A program made the position numbers and the translations under genes. Below are positions 18,878-28,317 of a DNA stretch of 64,000 nucleotides, piece after piece (within the stretch, counting starts at the first letter, position 1; each line of letters starts with the position of its first letter). The stretch lies in the NCBI GenBank assembly GCA_038062115.1, contig JBBTXS010000012.1, positions 23,141 to 87,140 on the forward strand, written 5' to 3'. The notes under the pieces were generated by a model. That model searched no databases and was not told the DNA's origin. It saw nothing but the letters and a program-made list of their open reading frames with translations. This DNA comes from Patescibacteria group bacterium. GTDB lineage: Bacteria; Patescibacteriota; Microgenomatia; Levybacterales; UBA12049.

Positions 18878-19579
18878 ATGATAATAAAATCATTTTCATT
18901 AGTGTTAGGTGTAGCATCGTTTCTTGTCTTTACTGTTAGCGCTTTAGCTGGGACTGCGTCGATAACTGGAACTACAGATTCTGCTGTTACTATAAGAAAG
19001 CCGATACAAGCGATTCAAGAGCAACGAGAGATGATGCTTAAAAATAGGCAAGAAACTAAAGCTATGTTGAAAGACACGAAAGAGGATCTTAAAGAAAAGC
19101 TTAATGTAATTCGAGACGAGAAGAAAAAAGTTTTAGTTGAAAAGATTGATGATAAGATTACCACAATGAATAAAACTCATACCGCAAAATTTTCTGCTGT
19201 GTTAGAAAAGCTCATGATGATTCTAAATAAAATTACCGACAGAGCCCAAAATGCAAAATTAAAAGGAGTTGATACCTCTACGGTTGATTCCGCTATTGAG
19301 GCTGCTAAAAAGGCAATAGATGTTGCAAAAGCCGCAGTTACTACGCAATCTGCAAAAACTTATAGCATAGAGGTGACTAGTGAAACCACATTAAAAACAA
19401 AGGTTGGAAGGGTAGTTAGTATGTTTAGAAAAGACCTAAGAGATGTGCATAAAATTGTAGTTGATGCAAAACAAGCTGTACAAAAAGCAGAAAGAGAATT
19501 AGCTAAAGCTCACGGAGAACAAATAGAAAAAAAGGCTCTGGATAATCGGATTAAAGAAATACCCAGTGTAAATGAATAA
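18878..19579 (+). CDS. Secreted coiled-coil hypothetical protein
   Basis: Signal peptide then K/E/A-rich helices. TTGACA-18-TATCAT lies 6 nt before this ATG. Confidence 0.75.
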   Translation: MIIKSFSLVLGVASFLVFTVSALAGTASITGTTDSAVTIRKPIQAIQEQREMMLKNRQETKAMLKDTKEDLKEKLNVIRDEKKKVLVEKIDDKITTMNKTHTAKFSAVLEKLMMILNKITDRAQNAKLKGVDTSTVDSAIEAAKKAIDVAKAAVTTQSAKTYSIEVTSETTLKTKVGRVVSMFRKDLRDVHKIVVDAKQAVQKAERELAKAHGEQIEKKALDNRIKEIPSVNE

Positions 19580-19913
19580 TAATATGGAGCAAAATACAAA
19601 TCAAGTTACAACACAAGCAAATACCATAACCACAACTGATACTAAAAAAAGCAGGAGTAATGTTTTAATGTTACTGATATTGGTAGTATTATTTGCAATA
19701 TATGGCATACTAATTTATGGAATAAAAATGAGTAATGAAGTAGATTATATAACTACAATGAAACTAGAAAATGTTTCAAATTTAGATAGACCAGTTGTAA
19801 ACCGGTTACCTACGCCTTCGCCTCAAGAACAAATTGAAGGAATAGATAGCATAGATGTTGGAGATGTAGATACAGAGCTTCAGGATTTGAATGCTGACGT
19901 GCAGGGTTTGTGA
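19572..19913 (+). CDS. Single-TM hypothetical protein
   Basis: One TM and acidic tail; overlaps both neighbours. Confidence 0.7.
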   Translation: MNNNMEQNTNQVTTQANTITTTDTKKSRSNVLMLLILVVLFAIYGILIYGIKMSNEVDYITTMKLENVSNLDRPVVNRLPTPSPQEQIEGIDSIDVGDVDTELQDLNADVQGL

Positions 19914-20668
19914 TGAAGAAGACCTCGTGGGGAGATTTTGCGGGCTGGTATAACGATCTAATCGAAAAAGAAAAGAACACTTATCAGAAAGAACTTATAC
20001 TTCCTAATCTTTTAAGACTTTTAGCTATAAAGAAAAATGATGTAATTTTAGATATAGCTTGCGGGCAAGGATTTTTTCCCCGTGAGTTTGCAAAGTTAGG
20101 TGCAAAAATTATAGGGGTTGATATATCTCAAGAATTGATTGACATTGCAAAAAAGAAATCTTCTTCTATAACGTATTACGTTAGTTTGGCAGAAAACATG
20201 CCCTTTTTAACAGGCTCAAGTATAGATAAAATTACAATAATTTTATCTATCCAAAATATAGAGAATGCTAATGATGTTTTTAAAGAATGTAATAGAGTGT
20301 TAAATTCTCAAGGACAAATGTATCTTATCTTAAATCACCCTGCCTTTAGGATTCCTAAGGAAACTTCGTGGGGGTGGGATGGGAAAAGAAAAATTCAGTA
20401 TAGACGTATCGATAGTTACCTTAGTGAATCAAAAGCGAAGATTCAAATGCATCCAGGTAGCAGTCCCAATGAGTTTAGTTGGTCCTTCCACCGTCCAATG
20501 CAATTTTATTCTAAAGCTCTATTAAAGAATAACTTTTGTATTTCAAGAATTGAGGAATGGAATTCTCATAAAAAAAGCGAGCCAGGCCCTAGGGCTATTG
20601 CCGAAGATCGTGCTCGCAGGGAAATTCCCCTTTTTCTTTTTATAGAAGCAAAACGTAGTAACTGTTAA
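19910..20668 (+). CDS. Class I SAM-dependent methyltransferase
   Basis: ILDIACGQG, GVDIS, NHPAF. Confidence 0.9.
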   Translation: MMKKTSWGDFAGWYNDLIEKEKNTYQKELILPNLLRLLAIKKNDVILDIACGQGFFPREFAKLGAKIIGVDISQELIDIAKKKSSSITYYVSLAENMPFLTGSSIDKITIILSIQNIENANDVFKECNRVLNSQGQMYLILNHPAFRIPKETSWGWDGKRKIQYRRIDSYLSESKAKIQMHPGSSPNEFSWSFHRPMQFYSKALLKNNFCISRIEEWNSHKKSEPGPRAIAEDRARREIPLFLFIEAKRSNC

Positions 20669-21231
20669 GTTTGTTTTTCGGCCCGGCTAGTGTAGCTTCC
20701 ATCCCTAGTATCTAGTATTATTTGGTCTCCTATGTTTATAAATAGTGGAACTTTTGTTTTGAGGCCGTTTTCAAGTAGGGCTTCTTTATAAACATTTGTT
20801 GCTGAATTTCCGCGAACCCCAGGATCTGTGTCTGTAACTTTAAGTTTAATTTTTGGCGCTAGGATCATGCTTAGCGCTTCGTCTTTGTAAAACCCTATGG
20901 TAACTGTTTGTCCCTCTTTTAAAAACAAATGTCCTTCTAAGTTTTTAAGAGGAATACTTACCTGATCAAAGGTTTGGGGGTCCATAAAATAGCAACCTTC
21001 ATTGTCTTTATAAAGGTATTGAAGATTTTTTTTCTCAACCCTTACTTGGTTTACTTGGCCATTGCTTGCAAAACTTTTTTCAATTGTCATGCCTTTTCGC
21101 AAACTTCTTACCTTGAGTTTAACAACGGAGCTTGTTTTTCTCAAATGTACATTATTGTAGGTGATGACCTCAAAAATATCTCCATTGTCTTCAAAAGTAG
21201 TGCCTGGCCGCAATGTTGTAACTGGAATCAT
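20665..21231 (-). CDS. efp: Elongation factor P
   Basis: QYLYKD, FMDPQTFDQ, PGVRGNSA, VPLFINIGD, DTRDGSY. Confidence 0.93.
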   Translation of the reverse strand: MIPVTTLRPGTTFEDNGDIFEVITYNNVHLRKTSSVVKLKVRSLRKGMTIEKSFASNGQVNQVRVEKKNLQYLYKDNEGCYFMDPQTFDQVSIPLKNLEGHLFLKEGQTVTIGFYKDEALSMILAPKIKLKVTDTDPGVRGNSATNVYKEALLENGLKTKVPLFINIGDQIILDTRDGSYTSRAEKQT

Positions 21232-21241
21232 AGATGATATT

Positions 21242-22132
21242 TTACCATTTTTCCTTTCTATTTTGAAAATAGTCATAAACTGCTTTTGACACTTCTGCTA
21301 TCCGTTCTTTGGCTTGAGGAGGCGAATCACTTTCTGACAAAACTATAATAAGATAATCCCCTTTAGGGGAATAAACTATACCTGCGTCATGAGTAAAAAA
21401 ATCTATCTCACCAGTCTTATGAGCAATAATAGTGTCTTGTGGTAGATATTTAGGTAACTTGTCATTGAGTTTTTGCTCTTTTAGTAGACCCAACATTTTA
21501 TTGCTATACTCTAGATTGGTAAGTTCCTCCTTGTATAACTTTTCAAAGAAAAGGGCTATATCATAAGGAGTGGTCTTAGGAGGTTCTCCTAGTGATGATT
21601 CACGAAAACCATTTTGAGTTAAAAAAGATCTGACAGAAGAATGCTTAACCCTTGCCGTAAGAAGAAATGATGCATAGTTGTGAGAAATTGTAAGCATTTG
21701 TCTCAAAGCGTGACTAACAACAAGAGTTATTGTTCCTTCTGTCATTTCTGCTTCCTCGGAAGCAATGTTGAACTTATCGTTTAGTACTGTTACATCTTCG
21801 CTTAATACCTCATCTTCTTTTAATTTTCCGTTCTTAATTTGATCAAAAGCTGTTGCCATAATCCAAATTTTATAAAGACTTCCAGGTTGATAAACTCTGT
21901 GTTCATTTGTAAAATATGCTTCACCTGTTTTTAGATTTTTAATAACAATTCCATATATTCCTTTAGTTCCTTTTAGCGTATTTTGGACAACATATTCTAA
22001 CGATCTGTCCACGCGTTGGTTATTATTATTTTTTGTAAATCTATTAAACAGAATAAGCACGATAAGTCCTACTACTAAAATAAATCCTAAAGATTTGATA
22101 TTTTTCTTTGCTGAATTTCGCTGATTTCTCAT
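21242..22132 (-). CDS. Class A beta-lactamase-like serine hydrolase
   Basis: SLYK (SxxK), SHN (SxN), HKTG, HDAGIV; N-terminal TM anchor. Confidence 0.88.
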   Translation of the reverse strand: MRNQRNSAKKNIKSLGFILVVGLIVLILFNRFTKNNNNQRVDRSLEYVVQNTLKGTKGIYGIVIKNLKTGEAYFTNEHRVYQPGSLYKIWIMATAFDQIKNGKLKEDEVLSEDVTVLNDKFNIASEEAEMTEGTITLVVSHALRQMLTISHNYASFLLTARVKHSSVRSFLTQNGFRESSLGEPPKTTPYDIALFFEKLYKEELTNLEYSNKMLGLLKEQKLNDKLPKYLPQDTIIAHKTGEIDFFTHDAGIVYSPKGDYLIIVLSESDSPPQAKERIAEVSKAVYDYFQNRKEKW

Positions 22133-22219
22133 TATTCGTACCGTAATACTTCAATAAGAAGAAAGCTTACAAATAAACTGAATGTAAATCTTATTAGTTT
22201 TGTGTGAGGTAAGACTTAG

Positions 22220-22293
22220 TACCGCCAAGGGGATTCGAACCCCTGATTCTTGGGCTGAAAACCCAATGTCCTGGGCCACTAGACGATGGCGGC
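22220..22293 (-). tRNA. tRNA-Glu(TTC)
   Basis: GCCGCCA/TGGCGGT acceptor, TTGGG-TT-TTC-AG-CCCAA. Confidence 0.95.
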
Positions 22294-22400
22294 ATAAAAA
22301 ACTATTAACTTACACACAATTATATCTAAAATTGATCCGTTAGACAAATTGGAATCCTTCGATTTCTCTCAGGATAAAATAAAAATTAAGTCTTTAATTT

Positions 22401-23075
22401 TTATTTTAGCTTTTTTTTAAGCTCCGCCAAAATCTCACTGGCGCTGTCTTTTCCGCCCAATCCAAACGCTATTCCCCCAGCAATTGCAACCATTGCGACA
22501 AATCCAGTAAATAGGATCCTAATTAAATCTGACGCAACACCAAGCTGAGTCAGAATTGCCAGTATTACAAATACGTTGATAGCCCAACGAGTTACCGATG
22601 CAATCGCATTGGCAGCATCTAGAGATATACCTTTTGCCGATGCCAAAATAACATCGTGGGAAAGTCTGGCAAATACAAATCCAACTATTGCAATTATTGC
22701 TGCAACAAAGACATTTGGCAAATAGAGCAAAAATTCATTTAATATCGTAACCACTCTTGGCAAACCCCAAACATCTGCTGTTGGGATTAAGAAAACTATT
22801 ATTACAAACCATCTTGCTATTTCGGCTATTATGTTTGTCCAAGTAAATTCTTCTTTGGCCTCTGGAACCCCGTATTTTCTAAGCACACTTTCTATCTTTA
22901 GTGCTCTAAAGATTCCGACCACTACCTGTCTAAGTAGAGAGGCTATAATTATTCCTAAAAGAAGAATTATTCCTCCAACAATAAATTTTGGGACAAAACC
23001 AACAACAGCCGTAATGCCATTATTAATAGAGATAATTAGAGTTTGACCAATATCTGTTGTCATTTCTTTTTTCAC
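22401..23075 (-). CDS. TM-helix repeat (CmpX / MscS N-terminal-like) membrane protein
   Basis: FVPKF, YLPNVF repeats; AFGLGGKD. Confidence 0.8.
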   Translation of the reverse strand: MKKEMTTDIGQTLIISINNGITAVVGFVPKFIVGGIILLLGIIIASLLRQVVVGIFRALKIESVLRKYGVPEAKEEFTWTNIIAEIARWFVIIVFLIPTADVWGLPRVVTILNEFLLYLPNVFVAAIIAIVGFVFARLSHDVILASAKGISLDAANAIASVTRWAINVFVILAILTQLGVASDLIRILFTGFVAMVAIAGGIAFGLGGKDSASEILAELKKKLK

Positions 23076-23161
23076 CCCCTTTCTTTTAATCTTTTAAAGG
23101 GTCCAAGATTAGTCTATATTGCATCTAGTTACCTTGTCAAGAGTTGATCTTGTTGTTATAA

Positions 23162-23480
23162 TTACACTGGGTCATTTTGGTCCGGTAGCTCAGTGGTAGA
23201 GCAGGAGCCTTTTAAGCTCTTGGTCCAGGGTTCGAATCCCTGCCGGATCACCATAAGAGATTTTTGAGTGGTATTAGTCCATTTTGGCTCGATACAGTAA
23301 GCTAATTTAGTGGTTTCAAATTTTACACCGTCAAAAGGTAGCCCTTGAGGAAACAGGAACTTTTGGAACCGTTTCTTAATCTCTAAATCCACTCGCATCC
23401 ATACTACGCTTATATCCTCAAGAATAGATATGCTATGCCTTACTACCTTCATTACATCCTCTTGGTTTTCTTGGTAGCCA
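23162..23480 (-). pseudogene. C-terminal remnant of a large serine recombinase reading into antisense tRNA-Lys
   Basis: KKRFQKFLFPQGLPFDG..F.T resembles recalled LSR tails; same geometry as the Gly locus. No catalytic domain. Confidence 0.6.
23179..23253 (+). tRNA. tRNA-Lys(TTT)
   Basis: GGTCCGG/CCGGATC acceptor, GGAGC-CT-TTT-AA-GCTCT, encoded CCA. Confidence 0.95.
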
Positions 23481-23481
23481 T

Positions 23482-24294
23482 TTAACTTCTAAGAAATGCT
23501 GCTATTTTATCTAATATTAATGCACCTTCAACTGGATGATCAATAATCCAAGGCACAACCCCATGATCACTCCCTGGAATAATAATCATTTCGCGCCTTT
23601 CAGGTGAAACTGCATGATAGATCATCTCCATTACCTCTTTTGGTATTGGGCTATAGTAGCCCTTGTTATCTATCTCTACTTTTCCTGCAGACGTGCCTTG
23701 TGGTTTGCCATAGGCTACAGGATCTAAAGCATCATACTCTCCCTTTATTAGCAGTAGCTTACCATGGAAAGCTTCAAGATTTGCAATGACATCGTTTTCA
23801 TGATAACTAAAAGGTTCCGAAATTATCCTTCTAAATTCCTTCCCGAAGGGCTTATCGTAAGCTTGCGCTGAATAAAAAGCTGGGCCAAATAAGACAATTT
23901 TATCAACTTGGTCTAAATGCATGCCAAGAATCTTAAGGGCTGGTGTAGCTCCAAGGCTATATGCAAGAATTTTTTTCTTTCGTTGCGGATCTAGGTATGA
24001 ATAAAATGCCTCAGTTTCTTTCACATTATTGCCAAGCGTGGTTTGTTCCAAGGAAATTTTACTGGCAGGATTATGTCCCGACATATTGAAACCTAAAATC
24101 GAATATCCTCGCTCTTGCAGTCCAACTGTTACAGCGTCAGACTTGGTATAGTCAGACCTTGCCCCATGTACAGATACTAGCCACGGTTCCTCATGTCTAT
24201 TGTTATATAATATACGTCCCCCTAGAGAATACTTGCCAAAGTTATGTTCAAAGTAAAAACTATTTTCTAATCGCGATTTTTTCCTTATTTTCAT
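23482..24294 (-). CDS. Alpha/beta hydrolase
   Basis: VHGA, FNMSGH, AYSLG nucleophile elbow, GEYD, GSDH. Confidence 0.85.
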   Translation of the reverse strand: MKIRKKSRLENSFYFEHNFGKYSLGGRILYNNRHEEPWLVSVHGARSDYTKSDAVTVGLQERGYSILGFNMSGHNPASKISLEQTTLGNNVKETEAFYSYLDPQRKKKILAYSLGATPALKILGMHLDQVDKIVLFGPAFYSAQAYDKPFGKEFRRIISEPFSYHENDVIANLEAFHGKLLLIKGEYDALDPVAYGKPQGTSAGKVEIDNKGYYSPIPKEVMEMIYHAVSPERREMIIIPGSDHGVVPWIIDHPVEGALILDKIAAFLRS

Positions 24295-24623
24295 AATTCA
24301 TACTCATAATGAAAGTTTTACTCCTAATCCAGTTATATACAGCTTTTGCGTTTACTCCTGTCTCTTGGGATACTGGAATACCATCATTTTTGTCCTGTCT
24401 AATATTGTTAAACAAGAATAGAAATGTCCGCTTTTTTGTCATTCCGAGTGCAGTGAAACGGAGTCGAGGAATCTGATCCCTCCACTCCGCTATCGCTACG
24501 GTCGGGATGACAAACCATGTAACTTATTGTGTCTCTTAAATAGGACATTTCTATTCTTGTCTGACATGTCCTGTCTAATATTTGTTTCTTTATTTCTTTT
24601 GGTATAAATGTAACAGTACCCAT
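24260..24623 (-). pseudogene. Small transposase-type HTH gene disrupted by a MITE and a frameshift
   Basis: Removing the MITE joins IPKEIKKQILDRT to KNDGIPVSQETGVNAKAVYNWIR; one extra A is needed. Confidence 0.6.
24406..24566. mobile_element. 161-bp MITE with TGT...ACA 24-bp TIRs and 15-bp target duplication (IS1202-family-like ends)
   Basis: TGTTAAACAAGAATAGAAATGTCC vs TGTCAGACAAGAATAGAAATGTCC (rc), 22/24. TGTCCTGTCTAATAT at 24391-24405 and 24567-24581. Confidence 0.9.
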
Positions 24624-24632
24624 TATATTTTA

Positions 24633-24818
24633 TCACATCCTCACTCCTGACTTTAGAAGCCCATGATCAAGTTTCTGAACCACATGAAGATGAAGTCTTG
24701 TAATAAAATTCTCAACTGCATCTACAAACTTCTGAGAATCGCCATTAAAAGTCTCAACTTTAATGATAGCTGAAAAGTGCTTAATTAAAGGTATAGATTG
24801 TCTTCTCATAGTTTCCAT
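24633..24818 (-). pseudogene. N-terminal fragment of an S-adenosylmethionine decarboxylase-like gene
   Basis: KHF...LHLHVVQKLDH resembles the SpeD N-terminus. Stops before the ESH cleavage motif; directly downstream of bpsA. Confidence 0.45.
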
Positions 24819-25764
24819 GAATAAGTGATTTTGTTTTTGGCGTTACTTCACAAACAAATAATGTACTTGTGTTACCAATAGATTCTGCGCCTTTATACCT
24901 ATTGAATTTATCAAATACCCACCTTATCATTAAACCCAAGTCAAGAAATGCACGGTAGATAGGAAGAAATCTCTCTTTGGCTTTATCGCTAGTCCCATAA
25001 CATACATAGACCCTTGCCGACTGGTTTGTTTTATCAAGCGAATCAATGGCTCTTGAAACAAAAAGTGTTATTCCGTTTGGTGTATAGGGAGGATCCGTAA
25101 ATACCACATCAAACTTTCCCGAAAGCTTCTTAGGAAATTGCTTCCGAGCATCATAAGCGACAGTTGTTATATTGAAGCTTTGTTGTTTTGATGCCTTTCC
25201 TATGTTGTTTAAGATTCTAGTATCTATATCAAGAACTGCTATCTCTGCTGCTCTTCTATATCTAGAAATAGCCACAGAGGTAAAATCGTTATCTCCCAAA
25301 AACAATATTCTTTTCCCCGCAATGTCTTCAAAAAACTGAAGTAGTACGGCTCTTTTAGCTGTTGTTTCTATAGTTGCGGTAAATTGATCATATTCTCGTT
25401 TTGCTGCGGGGCGAAGGTCGGAACATTTCTCTAGAAGATTAATGATTTTTTCAAAACTCTCGCCACCCAAAGCAGAATATAACTCGTCTTCTATTTTGTA
25501 ATCAGTAGCAAATAGAGTCTGCATATCTTGACGCACATTTTTTTTCAATTGAGTATTCCTAGACACATCATTTAACAAAGATCTCAAAGCTTTCTTTATT
25601 TGATTTATAGCATTTTTTGAAATGCCAACTTTCATAAGCAGTTCGTGATTATCGACAGGTTTCCCCGTATGCAAAAAATAAAAAATATCCATTACCTTTT
25701 TTGTTGGAATACCAGTCTCTTTAGATACCTGCAAAATTTTCAAATATATTTGATTTCTACCCAT
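24781..25764 (-). CDS. bpsA: Bis-aminopropyl spermidine synthase (BpsA) family protein
   Basis: EYDQ..AT.ET..KR, FLGDNDFTSVA, VLDIDTRIL, FDVVFTDPPYT, FNRY. Confidence 0.82.
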   Translation of the reverse strand: MGRNQIYLKILQVSKETGIPTKKVMDIFYFLHTGKPVDNHELLMKVGISKNAINQIKKALRSLLNDVSRNTQLKKNVRQDMQTLFATDYKIEDELYSALGGESFEKIINLLEKCSDLRPAAKREYDQFTATIETTAKRAVLLQFFEDIAGKRILFLGDNDFTSVAISRYRRAAEIAVLDIDTRILNNIGKASKQQSFNITTVAYDARKQFPKKLSGKFDVVFTDPPYTPNGITLFVSRAIDSLDKTNQSARVYVCYGTSDKAKERFLPIYRAFLDLGLMIRWVFDKFNRYKGAESIGNTSTLFVCEVTPKTKSLIHGNYEKTIYTFN

Positions 25765-25834
25765 TGTTTATTAATTATAGCTACTTTCGAACTTTTTTTC
25801 ACTATGGCATTTATGCAGATCAAAACAAAACAGT

Positions 25835-25957
25835 GTAGCCGTTCAGGGTTTGACAAAACATCTGTCATCTCGAGCCTAAGCGAGAGATCTCCTTGAGATT
25901 TCTCACCTACTTCGTAGCTTCGAAATGACAATTCTTTGACAACTCCTGAACGGCTAC
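25835..25957. mobile_element. 123-bp MITE with GTAGCCGTTCAGG TIRs and 8-bp target duplication
   Basis: Perfect 13-bp TIR extending imperfectly to 23 bp; AAAACAGT on both sides; TGTCAT...ATGACA palindrome inside. Confidence 0.9.
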
Positions 25958-26359
25958 AAAACAGTTTATTGATTTGCTTTTATGATCTATACTAGTATAA
26001 CTTCGTCAGGAAGATCGCAGTTATTTTGATGATTTAAAACACTTGATAGTATTTAATTAAATAAATAATATTCTTAAAGATTACAATGTACAAGATAATA
26101 AGATAAAACACGAATTAATAATCTAATAATCCATTTTTGTTCTAAAAAGAATTTATACGGTCGGAAAAATTACAGTAGATATTTTGTGGCGGCGTCCGCC
26201 GCCCCCGCCCAATCATGGAGTCATAGCATTAAAGGAGGGCTACCGTCAGAGAAACTTTAACCTAAGATATATTTTGGGGAGGTAGCCCGACCAACGCGAG
26301 AGCCGAACTCGGCTCGATCCGATGTGTCTGGGTTTTCCCACCTTTCACGTAGCGATCTT

Positions 26360-26759
26360 TTACACTGTTATTGCTTCTCCAGTTTGTATGCCATAGAATT
26401 TTATTCCAAATTGTTTAAAATACTTAGTTAGTCTTTCATAAAAAGTTTCTCTTACTTTATCTCTCCAGTGCCAGTCATGGATTGGAATTATTACTTTTGG
26501 CTTTAGATAAACTGCAATTTCTACTGTTTCAACAAGACTTCCCCATGGCGCTTGTACTGGAAGAGCAAGAACTGCTTTGGTTGCACCAAAATGGAATGAA
26601 TCTCCATTTTCCTCATTTACCCCGTACCCAGAATGCCCTGACCGTAAGGTCAGGGATGAATGGGTTATTTCCGCGAAGCGAACCCCTAATGCCCCGAGCG
26701 TAAGCTCGGGGTGCGGGGTTTACTAAAAGACACGAATGTATGTGTTTAGATATTTTCAT
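26360..26759 (-). pseudogene. MBL-fold metallo-hydrolase, interrupted and internally deleted
   Basis: MKISKHIHSCLLV, then the element, then NEENGDSF..LALPVQAPWG..KPKVIIPIHDWHW. HxHxDH region absent. Confidence 0.75.
26616..26723. mobile_element. TTTACCCCGTACC...GGTGCGGGGTTTAC element with two internal hairpins
   Basis: CCCTGACCGTAAGGTCAGGG and CCCCGAGCGTAAGCTCGGGG. Termini shared with 7328-7398. Confidence 0.75.
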
Positions 26760-26995
26760 TGCTCGATATTTGGTTGGAAAATTCCAGGCGGTTGCTTGCA
26801 TCCCGTTCTCTCATTTAGTATCCCAATAATTAGCCCAAGTGGCGCTCTGCACACTCCCATTGTTGTATCTATTCCTGACGACAGAGTTTCTTTTCCAAAG
26901 GGTCGATTATTTACATTCTTGGGATCAAACAACTTACAATTGCCGCAAACCTTTTCCAAACCTTCCTGACCTTGCGATGTTTCAGGTGACCCCAT
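26756..26995 (-). CDS. Small Cys-containing hypothetical protein
   Basis: CGNC...GVC...GC; ATGA overlap with the downstream pseudogene. Confidence 0.55.
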   Translation of the reverse strand: MGSPETSQGQEGLEKVCGNCKLFDPKNVNNRPFGKETLSSGIDTTMGVCRAPLGLIIGILNERTGCKQPPGIFQPNIEQ

Positions 26996-27023
26996 AATTT
27001 TAATAATATCAAACTGCCACATC

Positions 27024-28208
27024 TTAGGCAATATAATATCCTTTGGAAAATAACAGGAAGAGAATAAATAGTAAGATAATACCAACTATTGAGTAGACAG
27101 TTTTTATTGTTTTACTTTTTACTAGAGCCAAAGCGATAAAAATTGGAAATAAAACTAAGGAGTATCTTGGCAGCCCTGTAAAAGTGCCGCTTGATATTGG
27201 AATGAAGAAACATATAATTGCAAAAATAATATAAGAGAGGCGAAGCCTCTTCTTCCACGCTACAAAAAGCATAAAAGCTACAAACATAAATGTCGAGATT
27301 TCAAGCAGCGCTATCCACCATTCATAATGAGATAATGAAACACTTGTTAGAATTTTTATATATCGATATATTGTTTGGGGAATAAGTATAAGGGTAGCCA
27401 CAGATCTATTGTTTAAGAAGCTTCCCTGAGCTTGAATAAAATAGAAAATATCTCCCCATTTTAAAAAATTAAACAACATGTATCCTAAGATTCCTAAAGG
27501 CGTAAAAAGTAAAAATAAACTTTTAGCTTTAAACAATGTTCTTCTTGCCCCCAGGAGCTTTAGCGAAGAATGGTCTTGTTTTATAAATTCATATATAAGA
27601 GCTGGAATTATTGCAATCCCAACTAGTCTTGTTGCTGTTAGCAATCCTCCGCATAAAGAGGCTAAAATCCATCTTTTTTTTCTTGCAAAATAAAATGCTA
27701 AGACCGATAAAAGCAAAAAAAGGCTTTCAGAATAAATGGAAGCGAAGAAAAATGATGTTGGAAAAAGAAGCATAAAAACAATCGTCGATAAAGCTACACT
27801 ATCTTTATAGTCAATTCTCAAAAGCTTGTATATTATGATAAGAGCTATTAAAAAGTATAAGCCAACAAGTAAAAGTGCAGTAAAATATTGTATTGGGTGG
27901 AAGGGTAATTCCGCCGAGGCGGGAGCAAAAATAGAAGTTGTTAAATGTAAAAATAAAGGAAACAATGGAAAGAAACCAGCATTTACAGTATAACCGTTGG
28001 CTGCAATTAGAAGGTAGTAAACTCCATCGAAATTTGCCCAAGGCGACAGAAAAAAATTAGAGATTAGACTATGCTTATCGCTTAAAAAATATAAAGGCGA
28101 CGTATATGCATAACCTTGGCGAAATTCAACGAATGCTTGAGCAATAAAAAGAGGAATAAATAAAAAAAATCTCCAAAATAAGAAAAACAAAACAATTTTT
28201 TTAAACAT
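27024..28208 (-). CDS. GT-C mannosyltransferase family (PIG-V-like) membrane protein
   Basis: WANFDG..Y, FFPLFP, FPTSFF..IYSESLF, TRLVG, LPRY. Confidence 0.88.
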   Translation of the reverse strand: MFKKIVLFFLFWRFFLFIPLFIAQAFVEFRQGYAYTSPLYFLSDKHSLISNFFLSPWANFDGVYYLLIAANGYTVNAGFFPLFPLFLHLTTSIFAPASAELPFHPIQYFTALLLVGLYFLIALIIIYKLLRIDYKDSVALSTIVFMLLFPTSFFFASIYSESLFLLLSVLAFYFARKKRWILASLCGGLLTATRLVGIAIIPALIYEFIKQDHSSLKLLGARRTLFKAKSLFLLFTPLGILGYMLFNFLKWGDIFYFIQAQGSFLNNRSVATLILIPQTIYRYIKILTSVSLSHYEWWIALLEISTFMFVAFMLFVAWKKRLRLSYIIFAIICFFIPISSGTFTGLPRYSLVLFPIFIALALVKSKTIKTVYSIVGIILLFILFLLFSKGYYIA

Positions 28209-28317
28209 AGCGTAATCAATAGTATTTTACTATTTGAATAACTTCTACACAAATTTACGCATAGAGTATTATCTTATGCTATTGCGTAGTATATATTGTC
28301 TTTCGTATAATTATTTC

